Source: a virus. Taken from it: a stretch of DNA of 64,000 nt. The translations under genes and the position numbers were made by a program. This document shows, one piece after another, positions 8,648 to 19,528 of this stretch (position 1 is the first letter of the stretch; every line of letters starts with the position of its first letter). The notes under the pieces were generated by a model. The model ran no database searches. It had not been told where the DNA came from and saw only the letters and a list, made by a program, of their open reading frames with translations. The stretch lies in IMG/VR virus record IMGVR_UViG_3300019360_000001. One strand, given 5' to 3'.

Positions 8648-10401
8648 TTGTTAGAAGTATTACAGATAATAGTAAATTCCCCTCCATTTAGTTTTCCTAA
8701 GTCAGATGACATGTCTCGGAGTTGATCTTTGGTTTGATAATGTCTTCCATGTCCATATCCGTAACTTAGATTAACTGGATCAGCAAAATAGATCGTATAG
8801 CATTTTTTATTAGTTTTATTAAATTCTTCAATCGCCGGAGGCGATATAGATGATAGTCCATCTGTGAACACAATAATAATATCTACTTCGTCTTCATTTA
8901 TTCTATTTATTGCATGCCTAACTATAATTTCAAAAGAAGTTCCATATCCGCCACGAACTTCTCCCTTCATAAACTTTTCCCAGTCTTCTATACCTTTTAC
9001 TTTTTCTGAGAAACAATATTTCCCATGGTAATTTCCCCCTGTAATTTCACATTCATCACAGTTATGAAAGAAATTTGCTATGTCTACCATATAAGGGATA
9101 AAAGCATGCATAGAAGGAGATGTATCAAAATAACAACAAATCTTTTTCTTATTTCCTTTTCTTTCTTCATTAAAATATAATGGGATTTGATCAGGTCCAC
9201 AAATATCTAGTACTATTAATTCAAACCCAGTTCTAGTTAAGTCTTTTGGAATAATATCTATGGTAGTTGATGTTTTAATTTCGGCATAAATAGTATCAAT
9301 GGCACTTTCTATTAACTTTTCTGTTTGCCATTTAGATATAAACTCATTTAACCCTTGATCTTCTGCACTCGCCGGAGTAAAAATATATTTGTCAAATATT
9401 GCATTTGGATTATTATAATTACTAAATCCATCTCCTTTTATTATTTTGGCACCATCAACTTCTTCTTTTATTGTTTTTTTATCGTTAGCTCTTACACCAT
9501 TCATTCCTCCACGAAATAGGACATCGTCTATTTCATCGTCTTTCATTCTTTCAAATGGAGTAGATGTATTTGCATCGTTTGTGTCATGGCTATCATCCTC
9601 ATCTTTTTCTGTTGGTTTATTTTCTTCTTTAGATTGATTTTTCCCATCTTCTGATTCTTGAGAACCAGTATAGTTTGTTTTTTCTTTGCCATCTGATCTA
9701 TACCCATCTTTTATCCACTCATACATTTCTTCTATTTTCTTTTTGTCTTCTGGATTTAGCAACGAAGACATTTTATTATATAGTAATAGCGGATCTGGTA
9801 TGTATGCATTAAATTCACTTGGATTTTTAGCCTCTGCACAAGTCGTATTTACTCGTGTTCTTACATAGTTTCCGTTCTCTGTTCGGGTTACCTTTTCGAC
9901 TTGTGTTAGGTATATTTCATCAAATATTTTTTGCACCCTATTAGGCAACTCATTTCTCTCTCTCATTAAAATAGATGGATTCATTACACAATAAAGCCCT
10001 TTTGTTCTTGATTCTTCTGTTGGAAACAAGAAATTGCCAAGCTTTATCATACCTCTTGGATTACATAAAAACAAAATTTTATTAATTGCGGCATCTAATG
10101 CAAAATTTATTAGTGCCTTATTAGTCGCTCCTCTAATATTCCTGTACATCGCTTTGTGCAACATTTCATGCCGCAAAACTAGTACAAGTAAATTTACAGG
10201 CAAAGACTGTAATATATTTGCAGAAAATAGAATTTTTTCTCGCTTAGAAACTGGATCAAAGATCCAACAAGCCGTTTGGCATCCATCTGGCATTCTATCA
10301 GAATAATCAACAATGGAACTATAAGTAACCCAGTTTAAGCCAGATTTAACTATTACTCTGGTTAGTTTATTTCGTAGTTTTCTTTCATTAGATGTTAACA
10401 T
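8644..10401 (-). CDS. HExxH metallopeptidase-like plus VWA domain protein (MoxR partner)
   Basis: RHEMLHK; acidic linker; MIDAS DTSPSM, GGYGTSF, FTDG. Confidence 0.8.
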   Translation of the reverse strand: MLTSNERKLRNKLTRVIVKSGLNWVTYSSIVDYSDRMPDGCQTACWIFDPVSKREKILFSANILQSLPVNLLVLVLRHEMLHKAMYRNIRGATNKALINFALDAAINKILFLCNPRGMIKLGNFLFPTEESRTKGLYCVMNPSILMRERNELPNRVQKIFDEIYLTQVEKVTRTENGNYVRTRVNTTCAEAKNPSEFNAYIPDPLLLYNKMSSLLNPEDKKKIEEMYEWIKDGYRSDGKEKTNYTGSQESEDGKNQSKEENKPTEKDEDDSHDTNDANTSTPFERMKDDEIDDVLFRGGMNGVRANDKKTIKEEVDGAKIIKGDGFSNYNNPNAIFDKYIFTPASAEDQGLNEFISKWQTEKLIESAIDTIYAEIKTSTTIDIIPKDLTRTGFELIVLDICGPDQIPLYFNEERKGNKKKICCYFDTSPSMHAFIPYMVDIANFFHNCDECEITGGNYHGKYCFSEKVKGIEDWEKFMKGEVRGGYGTSFEIIVRHAINRINEDEVDIIIVFTDGLSSISPPAIEEFNKTNKKCYTIYFADPVNLSYGYGHGRHYQTKDQLRDMSSDLGKLNGGEFTIICNTSNK

Positions 10402-10410
10402 GTAAATTCC

Positions 10411-11679
10411 TTAAAAAGATAGTGGGGCCAAATTGGCCTCTTCGTTTTTAGCGTATTCAAATAGCCGCAATTTTGCGGCATATTCTGCTTGGCGGCACAA
10501 ATCAGCACTCTTAATAGCCTTATGCAATTCGACTAAATCCTTTACTTCTTCTTCTTTTTCATCGTTTATTTCATTGATGATGTTACCTAACATATTAACT
10601 CGATCTGCATAGTCAAATCGTTCTTTAATAGGTTTTAGATACTTAGAAACAGATTTAATACGATCACCAACAGATCCTGTATTTACCGAAATACTAATTC
10701 GTGCCATAAGAGAATCTCCGTCTATTAAGAGGTCCTTAAGTGTTTCAAATAATGGCCTAGTTTTATCTGAGTTAAATCCAAGTTTGGATGCAATAGAATA
10801 TTGAATCGCATCCCATGCTCCGCTTTCAAGATATTCTGTATCTTGCATTACATGTTTATAATAAGCTGCCACAGAAACAAGCAGCGGAACAAACTGGTTG
10901 CTAATTTGCCTAAAAGATATTTCTATCTTATTAGATCCGGCAGTCTTATTAAATTCTTTCACGTTAGCTAGCAACGTAGAAAAGAATTTTGCCGTAAAAT
11001 CATTAATATTTGTCATTAATTTTTTATTGTTCCATATTTCATCGTATGTTTCTCTGACCTTATTTACCGTATCAAAAAGTTTTGTATTGTTTTCTGCAAT
11101 GTTTTCGTCCCTTTTCCCCTGATTTAATTCAATCATCTTGGAAATTTCCTCAACCCCAACAATATTACTTTTGTTATGAGTAGAGGGAACAGGAATTACC
11201 GCAAAAAATCTGTCAAGAAGTGCGGCATCAAGTTTATAGGCTCCCTTATACGTTTCTTCGTTCGCAGTTGCGATCACGAATTTATACTTTAAGGGAATTC
11301 CAAAAACTGTTCTCTCCTCAAGAATTTCTAAAACCATATTCCCTGTTTCTCTAGGGGCTCTAGTAATTTCGTCCATCATTATTACATCTGCATTGCACAC
11401 GCTTCTTTCATGTGTTGCATAAGTAATTTTGCCCTTTTTAATGTCTTCTGGATTAGGACATCCTACCATCGAGAGAAGATTTTCCTTGGACATTTCATAT
11501 TTAATGAACCTATAATTCGGATCATTGCCAGAAAGTGCGGCTGACACAAATCTCGCTACCGAACTTTTGCCACATCCGTGTGACCCAAGTAATAGGAAAT
11601 TATTTCCTCTGGCAAGACATGCTATGATAATAGGCTCTAGATTATGCCATCCATAAATATAATTGTTAAGGTGACTCAT
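10411..11679 (-). CDS. MoxR-family AAA+ ATPase
   Basis: Walker A GSHGCGKS, Walker B MMDEITR, ATAN, LDAALLDRF. Confidence 0.85.
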   Translation of the reverse strand: MSHLNNYIYGWHNLEPIIIACLARGNNFLLLGSHGCGKSSVARFVSAALSGNDPNYRFIKYEMSKENLLSMVGCPNPEDIKKGKITYATHERSVCNADVIMMDEITRAPRETGNMVLEILEERTVFGIPLKYKFVIATANEETYKGAYKLDAALLDRFFAVIPVPSTHNKSNIVGVEEISKMIELNQGKRDENIAENNTKLFDTVNKVRETYDEIWNNKKLMTNINDFTAKFFSTLLANVKEFNKTAGSNKIEISFRQISNQFVPLLVSVAAYYKHVMQDTEYLESGAWDAIQYSIASKLGFNSDKTRPLFETLKDLLIDGDSLMARISISVNTGSVGDRIKSVSKYLKPIKERFDYADRVNMLGNIINEINDEKEEEVKDLVELHKAIKSADLCRQAEYAAKLRLFEYAKNEEANLAPLSF

Positions 11680-12767
11680 GCTTGCTCCTTTTTGGTATTA
11701 TTATTAAAAGTTAACGAATTAATAACATTATCTATTAAATCACCGTCGAATGCGGAAATAGCAATGGGAGACGTTTCTAGAACTGTATACATCATTTGTG
11801 CAATATCATCTGTTGTATTTTCCACTATACTGGCAAATATTTCAGTGGAAGTTGGATCTTTGGAATAGGTTGATATTATCTTCATGTTTGCCGCATGGGT
11901 CAATATCCAGTCCATCGGCATCATATCTAATCCGCTAGAAATATTTCTATTAATAGCAGTGATTTTTAGATGGTATGCTTTATTTATTTTTTCTTTAGTG
12001 TCGGCATATTTGATAGCCAATGTCTTCAAACATTCAGACAAAGTTTCTACTTTCGTAGCATTTCTTTTCCTAGTCCCAAAAAACCTCATCATTCCTTCAA
12101 TTGTCAGTTGAGGAATTATTTTATAGCTAATTTGTTTCCTCAATTTAGAAGAATCAGTTTCAGAAATACCATGAACCTCATAATAAGGGAACATTCTGCC
12201 AGGAATATTCATCCTATTAATGATTTTGGTTTCATATTTTTCTATGCCTTCTATTGGCATAATAATCGTTTCTACGGGATTTGAGAATAGTAAGTTTGTT
12301 GTTTTTGTTGTGTTTTTTGATACGTCTTTGATATTTAATGCAAACTCTTCTCCAGAAATATCAAGCGTATAATCTTGTTTATTGTAAGTATATTTTGAAT
12401 CATTTTTTAAAAATGTAAATAATTCAGTAGTGTCTATGGCTTTGTCTTTATTTTTATATCTAGAAACAATAGAATTAAACTCATTAAGAGGATGTTCTTT
12501 TGACTTTACAGAAATCTCCTCTTCTATTTTTGTCAAATTATCTATAGTCAATATTTGACTATCTTTGACCAAGATGAACAATGGATGGTCTGGAAACTGT
12601 CGTAACCATGTAAACTTTGGAATATCAATATTAACAAAACGGGGAAGACTATCAGGATCTTTGCTTGGTAAGTTGCCCGATAAATCAGAAGATTTTATTT
12701 TTAGTATTTTAAAATCTTTCTCATTCATCAAAACATCGCCACGGACGTTCGACATCGTAAACAGCAT
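11676..12767 (-). CDS. hypothetical protein in MoxR/VWA operon
   Basis: 363-aa ORF, ATGA-coupled to MoxR. Confidence 0.7.
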   Translation of the reverse strand: MLFTMSNVRGDVLMNEKDFKILKIKSSDLSGNLPSKDPDSLPRFVNIDIPKFTWLRQFPDHPLFILVKDSQILTIDNLTKIEEEISVKSKEHPLNEFNSIVSRYKNKDKAIDTTELFTFLKNDSKYTYNKQDYTLDISGEEFALNIKDVSKNTTKTTNLLFSNPVETIIMPIEGIEKYETKIINRMNIPGRMFPYYEVHGISETDSSKLRKQISYKIIPQLTIEGMMRFFGTRKRNATKVETLSECLKTLAIKYADTKEKINKAYHLKITAINRNISSGLDMMPMDWILTHAANMKIISTYSKDPTSTEIFASIVENTTDDIAQMMYTVLETSPIAISAFDGDLIDNVINSLTFNNNTKKEQA

Positions 12768-13013
12768 TTAAATCTCCTTTATTAAATTAAACAAAACTCT
12801 TGTACCCACATTTTACACAAACGTAAACATTTTCTCTAGTTCTTTTTGAATAATAACAATGGGCGAAAGAATGTTTACAGTCTGTTGGGTTTAAAATAAC
12901 CCCTTTCTTTTCTCCTGCTTCCCTGTCCTTGCCCCTGTTTTTATTTTTATCTTTGGGCAAAAATTCTCCTTGTTTAAAAAGGTTTGGGATATGGTCTCGG
13001 ACGCCTAACCGGA

Positions 13014-13042
13014 ATTATACCATGGTGCGTCGATTCTGTCAA
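13014..13042 (-). promoter_or_regulatory. consensus sigma-70 promoter TTGACA-17-TATAAT
   Basis: TTGACAgaatcgacgcaccatggTATAAT upstream of the MoxR/VWA/tag-gene operon. Confidence 0.85.
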
Positions 13043-13281
13043 CCTCATGTACTAGTCCAAATCATAAGTAACTATTTCAAATTTAATACTGGTTATATCT
13101 AAACCAATAATAACAAAGTCTAATCTACCTTTTGTTCCAGTAACTAAATCTTCTACTAGTTTCTTGGCTTTGTTTTCTTTAGAAACTATTTTTATAATAT
13201 GGGCTGTTTTTGCCCCGCTATTATATTCTATTATCTGCTTTATTAAGAAAACTTTTTTGGTCTTAAAAAACATATTAGTCC

Positions 13282-13488
13282 TTATAAGTTATAATAAATA
13301 CCATTATAATTTTTTTTGGATATTGTTCCATTTTCTATTAGCTCTGAAAAAAATTTTTCTGTCCTTTTATAGATATATAGTTTGTTAGCAATATCAACAA
13401 AATGAACTAATCCATTTTTGCAGTTAGTTATAACAAATAGACGTTCACCATATAAATATTTAAAAACAGTTCCAACTGGGTAATTCAT
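13282..13488 (-). CDS. small protein, GIYY-tag family (ends NGIYYNL)
   Basis: Beta-rich body plus tag. Confidence 0.75.
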   Translation of the reverse strand: MNYPVGTVFKYLYGERLFVITNCKNGLVHFVDIANKLYIYKRTEKFFSELIENGTISKKNYNGIYYNL

Positions 13489-13718
13489 CGGACGAAATAA
13501 AGCCCTACATAAAAGCTGCGAGAAATCATTTCTTTTTCAAAGAAACTTGCATGCTTTCCCAAACAATCAGTGCAAGTATACCATCCTGGTTTGTTTTTAC
13601 AATTTTTACCTGGACATCTTTTTTTATATTGTTTATAAGCACACATTACTTCAAGGCATTTGCCACAATAAACTTGTCCTATTCTTAGCTTTTCTTTAAA
13701 GCACATTGTACATTTCAT
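13485..13718 (-). CDS. small Cys-rich protein, GIYY-tag family (ends VGLYFVR)
   Basis: CxxC pairs plus tag. Confidence 0.75.
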   Translation of the reverse strand: MKCTMCFKEKLRIGQVYCGKCLEVMCAYKQYKKRCPGKNCKNKPGWYTCTDCLGKHASFFEKEMISRSFYVGLYFVR

Positions 13719-14272
13719 ATTAAATTCTTCGCCGAAATTAGATTGGCAATAGTTTTTTCTTGTAAAGTTTTGTCATGAAAACTTCTAAGCAAATAAGATG
13801 GATGGAAAATAGGTACAAAAGTTTGGCCAAAATCTGTATGTGTCAAACTTAGGCCTATTGATTTTGTGATTTTATAATTTGGGAAAAATATATTTAATGC
13901 AACTGCCCCAACTAATATTATAACATTTGGCTTAATTATGTCTATTTGCGCTCTAAGAAAAGGAAAGCATTTTTGAATTTCATCATTTGATGGCTTTCTA
14001 TTTTCAGGAGGACGACACCTGACGCTATTAGCTATAAAAACATCTTTTCTTTGAATGTCTGCCTTTTCCAGTAGATTATTTAATAACTGTCCGGACCTGC
14101 CCACGAAAGGAATGCCGGATTGCGACTCTGAGGCACCCGGAGCCTCTCCTATTAGTATAATTTTTGCCATAGGATTGCCATCCCCCGGAACCGAAGTTAT
14201 TCCTTTAGATTTAAATAAAGGACATAAGGCGCAGGAATGAATTTGGCTTGCAATTTCTTCTAATGTTTGCAC
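13715..14272 (-). CDS. udg: uracil-DNA glycosylase, family 4 (Fe-S)
   Basis: CxxCPL, IGEAPG, PFVGRSG, CRPPENRKP, HPSYLL. Confidence 0.92.
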   Translation of the reverse strand: MQTLEEIASQIHSCALCPLFKSKGITSVPGDGNPMAKIILIGEAPGASESQSGIPFVGRSGQLLNNLLEKADIQRKDVFIANSVRCRPPENRKPSNDEIQKCFPFLRAQIDIIKPNVIILVGAVALNIFFPNYKITKSIGLSLTHTDFGQTFVPIFHPSYLLRSFHDKTLQEKTIANLISAKNLI

Positions 14273-15051
14273 TATAGCTCTAATGTATAAGAGAATTTAT
14301 CTTCTTTCTTATAACATTTAAGATTTTTTATTTTCTTTAATAAAGGCTCTAGTGGCTCTTTTCTAAGAATTTCATAAGCAATTTTTTCTATGGCCAAAAT
14401 AGTGATAGGATGACAACGTAAAACAACTAAATTTTTTATGTCTTTTCGATTAACGAAATCATTTTCCATGTATTCGTTTTCAGAAAATCCAGCATTCCAA
14501 ATCTTAATGACAACCATTTCTTTGGTTTCAATTACATCGGCTTTTCCCATGCCGAAACTATTATATTCATTGATAAAAGTTAATATTCTGTCAAGTGTGT
14601 TCATTGTTTATCCCATAATTATACTAAGTTTATTTGTTAACTCATTTAAAACAGGATTTTCTCTGCCAAAACGTCTATTAAAAATACCAATTAAATTATA
14701 GGCTCTTTCTCTATTTTTTGCCTTTTTTCTGGATCTGCATTTTCATTATTGTCAATCATGTCGGCCAATTTAATAAGCACTGGTTTTTTTGGCACAATTT
14801 CATTATCAAGTCTTTTTATGGCATCAATTTTATTTTCGTCTTTCCTTAGTGTAAGTGCCCTGCAAAATTTACGGCCGTTAATAGATTATTACTCATTTGT
14901 TTTCTCCTTGGCGTTTTTTATTTCCGACTCTAAAAGCTCTATAAAAAATTGCCAGTGTTCCTTTTTAATTGCATCATTTTTTTGCATTGTATCAACTGCT
15001 CTTCTTATAAAAATCTTTACAGCTTCAAATGGATGTTGCGAAAACGGAGCA

Positions 15052-15294
15052 TTAGATCTCATAGTATATTCCTTTTGTCAATAAACTAGGATCTATTAAA
15101 TCAATTTCATCTAAAGTATATCCGTGGCTATGACAACAATAAACAATAGTTAGGTTTTTGCAGCCTTTAACTGGACATTTTTTAAAAGTTCTAGAAAAGA
15201 AGGCCATTTTATTTAAACAATTTCTACAAAACGTATTAGAACTACGTTCTCCGCAGCATCCTTTAACTTTACATTTATTCATTTTTAAAAACAT
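15052..15294 (-). CDS. small Cys-rich protein, GIYY-tag family (ends KGIYYEI)
   Basis: Internal repeat CxVKGC plus tag. Confidence 0.75.
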   Translation of the reverse strand: MFLKMNKCKVKGCCGERSSNTFCRNCLNKMAFFSRTFKKCPVKGCKNLTIVYCCHSHGYTLDEIDLIDPSLLTKGIYYEI

Positions 15295-15684
15295 ATTTTG
15301 GTAATGACATTATTGCACTAATCCAATCCTTGTTATTTTTTTTCTTATTTGATGTAAAAAGATCAGAAATAATATTATCCCAAGGTTTGGCTGTATAATT
15401 AAATATAACCTCACAATGTTCAAAAAAAACTGTATTATAATAAATCTTAAATTCAACATTAAATTCTTTCTCTAGAAAATTTTTCGCTTCTTCTACAGAA
15501 GAAAAATCTTTTACTATGTTATCTACTTTTAAATTTTTCCAAAATCCTTTAATATGCATTCTTTGCTCCATTACATATTTTTGGCTTAATTCTTTTCCGC
15601 CAACATTTGATTAACACCAACAAACCACCTACAATTAAGGATAAAACTTCTAAAGTAAACCCACAAATACATGCAATTATCATT

Positions 15685-15984
15685 TTATATATTTTTTGCC
15701 TGATAAAATTCTTTTGGTGTCATTTCAGTTCTTTCTTTTCGTTCATCGCTATTGGACCAAATTGGACCATCTACAAAAACACGAATTAATTTGGCTCCAT
15801 TAGCGAACCTCATCCTACGACGTTTATTAAAAGGCTTATAGATTATATTTTCACAGCCAGTTCCTCTACAAGTAATACAAACCCTGGCTTGTCCTCGGCC
15901 TTCTGCAAATCCTGCATACAGTCCAGTTCCATGACAATTAGAGCATTCAGCCTTTACTTCCAATTCTATGTTCTTTTTAGACAT
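15685..15984 (-). CDS. DnaJ-type zinc-finger protein
   Basis: CSNCHGTG and CITCRGTG repeats. Confidence 0.6.
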   Translation of the reverse strand: MSKKNIELEVKAECSNCHGTGLYAGFAEGRGQARVCITCRGTGCENIIYKPFNKRRRMRFANGAKLIRVFVDGPIWSNSDERKERTEMTPKEFYQAKNI

Positions 15985-16056
15985 TATTATAGTTCGCTCT
16001 ATATACACCATAATATCAAATTCATAATGTATATTTACCTCATTTCTTTGTGCCAA

Positions 16057-17556
16057 TTACATTTTTTTAGCATAATCTGACAGCAAAAATTCTTTTCCGT
16101 GCAATTTAACAATCATTCTTCCCAATCTTTCACTCCATCTTTCTACAGAGGGCTTAATAACAATTCCTTCTCTATTATGGCAACCATTACCGATTATTGT
16201 TGGGCCATCTGCTAGTTGTTCTACTTGTTCAAATGATATTAATGGGCCACGATAGATTATTGGAACCGAATTAAATTCTAATTTATCGAAAATAAACTTA
16301 GCATCATCATAGTTTAAGTATTTTCCCTTCGTAATATCAAAGATATCAAAAAATGCTACTTTACATAAATTTGGATGACCATAATGGTATTTGTTTCCTG
16401 CTTGAGTTTTACCATATAGCTCGCCAAAAAACAAGAGATTAGGATAATTTGCTAATTTTTCCCCAATATTATTTTCTCTAGCCCACTTAGACCATTCATT
16501 ATTGTCTTCGTTTTCCTTAGCTAGTCTATGAGAACCCACCCATAAATCATTATCCACGTATGAAAATCTAGCGTTGGAATTATGTACCAAAATATCTGGA
16601 CAAAAGAAATTATTAGTTTCGGTTTCTATATCATATTTACTAGATTTTATTTTATATGTAACATCTGTTATGGATATAATTTCTTGTTCTATTGTAATTC
16701 TTTTGTATTCTAACTGTATAGGCGTGAGCGATAAATCATTTCTTATGCCAGATACTTTATCATTAACATTTAAATCTTTTAATTCTTTATATGAATCAAT
16801 ACTAGGACAATAAAATTTATGATTTGGTGTTGCAACTACCTTGGAAAATGAATTTCCCTTCCCCAATCCTCTTCTTTTAGTTTTTATTTCAAGCCATTTA
16901 TTACATTTTCCATTATTAAATGTATTTAAAACCTTAGATGGAATGATGTTTCTATTATTATCTTGTCCTAAAACATATTCTCCTATTTTTATTTTATTAA
17001 TAGGTTTACTTGTTCCATCTGCCATCCTTATTCTTTGATTAGATTTTAAACATCCATGGATTTTTTCTGTAAAAATAACCTCTTCTCCAAGAGTGAATTC
17101 TTTAATATATTTTCTAGCACTTTCAATATCTGTGTACAATGAGAACCATGCTGGACTTTTTCTATTTTTGCCACTCATATTGCAAGGTTCTACCGGATCA
17201 GGAGACTTAACAGCTCCTAGAATTTCGGCAACATTAGTCCCAACTTCTTTATCTTCTAGGCCAAATAATTTGACTGGCATTATAATTCCCATAGAAAATA
17301 TCCCACGTAGCTTTTTGGCCTTGATAGTTCTTTGTCGTTCGCTTGGATTTTCTCTGTTTTGCCAAATAAATGCAAATTCTGGCTTAATTGGCAACATTGC
17401 ATCAACTGGGAAATATATTGCTTTGTCACCTTCTTGAAATTCACCTAGTTTGAATATTACAGGGAATTGATATACATGAGTAATTCCAAGAGTATCAGCT
17501 TCGGGATGTTTGCCCCATTTCCCTACTTTAATTATCTCAACTATTAATGTACTCAT
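16057..17556 (-). CDS. RNA ligase (Rnl2/DRB0094-like) with mini-intein
   Basis: N-terminal HPEAD..KLRGIFSMG domain, TEKIHG motif I, FGELYG, FFDIFD, REGIVIK, VK. Confidence 0.88.
   Translation of the reverse strand: MSTLIVEIIKVGKWGKHPEADTLGITHVYQFPVIFKLGEFQEGDKAIYFPVDAMLPIKPEFAFIWQNRENPSERQRTIKAKKLRGIFSMGIIMPVKLFGLEDKEVGTNVAEILGAVKSPDPVEPCNMSGKNRKSPAWFSLYTDIESARKYIKEFTLGEEVIFTEKIHGCLKSNQRIRMADGTSKPINKIKIGEYVLGQDNNRNIIPSKVLNTFNNGKCNKWLEIKTKRRGLGKGNSFSKVVATPNHKFYCPSIDSYKELKDLNVNDKVSGIRNDLSLTPIQLEYKRITIEQEIISITDVTYKIKSSKYDIETETNNFFCPDILVHNSNARFSYVDNDLWVGSHRLAKENEDNNEWSKWARENNIGEKLANYPNLLFFGELYGKTQAGNKYHYGHPNLCKVAFFDIFDITKGKYLNYDDAKFIFDKLEFNSVPIIYRGPLISFEQVEQLADGPTIIGNGCHNREGIVIKPSVERWSERLGRMIVKLHGKEFLLSDYAKKM
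16579..17052 (-). mobile_element. 158-aa mini-intein in RNA ligase
   Basis: IHG|CLKSNQRI...ATPNHKF...YDIETETNNFF..ILVHN|SNARF; no endonuclease domain. Confidence 0.9.
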
Positions 17557-18452
17557 ACTTTTTTACCTCTATCATTTTGTACTCTTTTTGGTTTGAATTC
17601 ACATCCTTAGCCTTTTTTCTCTGTTATGATTGTTTTCCATGTAATTTTTAGCGGTTTGTAATAGTTGAATTAATTCATCTATCCAAAATGATGAAAAAGA
17701 CGATTTATTAAACCAATTGTCATCATCTTCACAGTCAATTTCTACTGCTATATGCATGTCCCCATCTTTTCTGTTTCTAGGGCGCAAACATATTCTGTGA
17801 GCTGTTCCTTCAAACTTTATAACTGACTCATCAAAATCTTGAGATGAACTTGGCATATTATTTTCCATTTTATGTTGTCAGCTTATTTCCAAACAAAGCA
17901 ATTATATTTCTTCATTATTTTCTATAGGAATCCATCCTAATTGTTTCATGTCTTTTGCAAATTCCAAATCTATTATCCCTTCCCCAGAAGAACAGAAGAA
18001 ATCCATATAATCTTCGCCTTGATTTCTTATTTCTGCTATTATTCCCCCTGCATATCGCCAACTACAACTATAAAGCCATTTAGGATCTGGCTCGGGGAAA
18101 ACCCAAAATTTATACTCAAGTTTCATTAGCTTAATATTAAGCAAACTCCAATATTTAACAGTCTTGTAAATTTTCTTACCATTTTCTTCAACACAAGGAT
18201 AAGCCATTGGAATAATTATTGACTTTCTTATCCATCCAAAAAACAATCTTGGCAACTTGCGCCAAAATTTAGCGTTAGATTTTTCCCAATCAGTATCTTT
18301 TTGTTTTAAATAATCACGCCAATCAGAAGGCGCTTTATTATTTAACCATTCAACATTGCATAAAGATGCATAAGTTCTTATGGCATAATTTTTGTTCATT
18401 AACTTTGTTTTTAATTTTATTAGATCTTCTTCAAAATTCAATTAATATCTCC

Positions 18453-18695
18453 TTAAATAACTATTTCTGAACAACGAAATGCCTGAATTGTTTTCAGGTT
18501 TACCTTTCTATATTGTCCCTTTTTTACATCCAGGACAACAATATGTCCACTGACATCAACATCTTTTGCGCTCACCTTAGAAGGAATTTTCCCATTCAAA
18601 ATCCTCAAAGAACCATCTTGTTTGACGAACTGCACTGTAAAAAACCTTCCGGCGCTCAAATTAAACAAACGCAACCAAATGTCTTGTGCCGTCAT
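18453..18695 (-). CDS. small SH3-fold phage protein
   Basis: FFTVQFVKQDGSLR...VLDVKKGQYRKVNL pattern common in phages. Confidence 0.55.
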   Translation of the reverse strand: MTAQDIWLRLFNLSAGRFFTVQFVKQDGSLRILNGKIPSKVSAKDVDVSGHIVVLDVKKGQYRKVNLKTIQAFRCSEIVI

Positions 18696-18793
18696 TTTGG
18701 CTCCTTAAAAAAACATCTTAGACAAAAACAAAAACACTCCTAACAAAAAACAAGCAATGAAAATTAATTTTTCTTTTGTGTTCATTAAGTCTC

Positions 18794-19105
18794 CTAGTCA
18801 ATAAAATAAAGTCCTCTCATTGTCGGTTTATCAGTTAAATTTGCTTCTAAAACATTACATGAAGACATCTCAATAATCTTACCATGAATATCGTTAATGA
18901 AACATTTTTCATAAAAACGTATAGTACATATGTAAGAAGATTTTAATTTTTTATTTGTGAATCTTGCTATTTTTTTTGCTCCAATTAATTTTTTCGATGA
19001 ATAATAGTCAAACGCATTTTTATAATGGGTTATTATTCCTTTAATACCTTTATTTGTTCCCCCAGTAAAATATACTGTTTGCCCAATTTTAAATTTTGGC
19101 TCCAT
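18794..19105 (-). CDS. SH3/KOW-like protein, GIYY-tag family (ends RGLYFID)
   Basis: FKIGQTV...KGIKGII plus tag. Confidence 0.75.
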   Translation of the reverse strand: MEPKFKIGQTVYFTGGTNKGIKGIITHYKNAFDYYSSKKLIGAKKIARFTNKKLKSSYICTIRFYEKCFINDIHGKIIEMSSCNVLEANLTDKPTMRGLYFID

Positions 19106-19117
19106 AATATTATATTC

Positions 19118-19528
19118 TCATAGTATTTCGTTAGAATAAGTATTTTTCCTAACATCCCAAAGGCCTATTTCTTTTTCTGATATAGAATAATAAACACGAA
19201 AAATGTTACAAGACTTAATAATCGCTTGACAATATTTACATGGTTTTGCAATAGCCATTTTAGTTTTATTAAATGCTAGCCTAACCACAAACAAAGAAGA
19301 CCCAAATAAATCGGCGGCAGATACATTAAGTATAGTGTGAAGTTCGCAATGAATGTTTTTCCATTTATTATTGCTTTGAGGGTGCGTTTTATATGGCTGA
19401 TTAAAGCCAATAGAAATAATTTTCCCTTTTTTAAATAACACCCCCCCGAAAAAGAAAGTAGATCCATTATTGGTTTTGCTGGCCAACTTAATGGCTAGCT
19501 GTAAGTATTTATTTTGTCTATTGTTCAT
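19118..19528 (-). CDS. cytidine/dCMP deaminase-family Zn protein
   Basis: IISIGFN, HCE, AKPCKYC. Confidence 0.8.
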   Translation of the reverse strand: MNNRQNKYLQLAIKLASKTNNGSTFFFGGVLFKKGKIISIGFNQPYKTHPQSNNKWKNIHCELHTILNVSAADLFGSSLFVVRLAFNKTKMAIAKPCKYCQAIIKSCNIFRVYYSISEKEIGLWDVRKNTYSNEIL

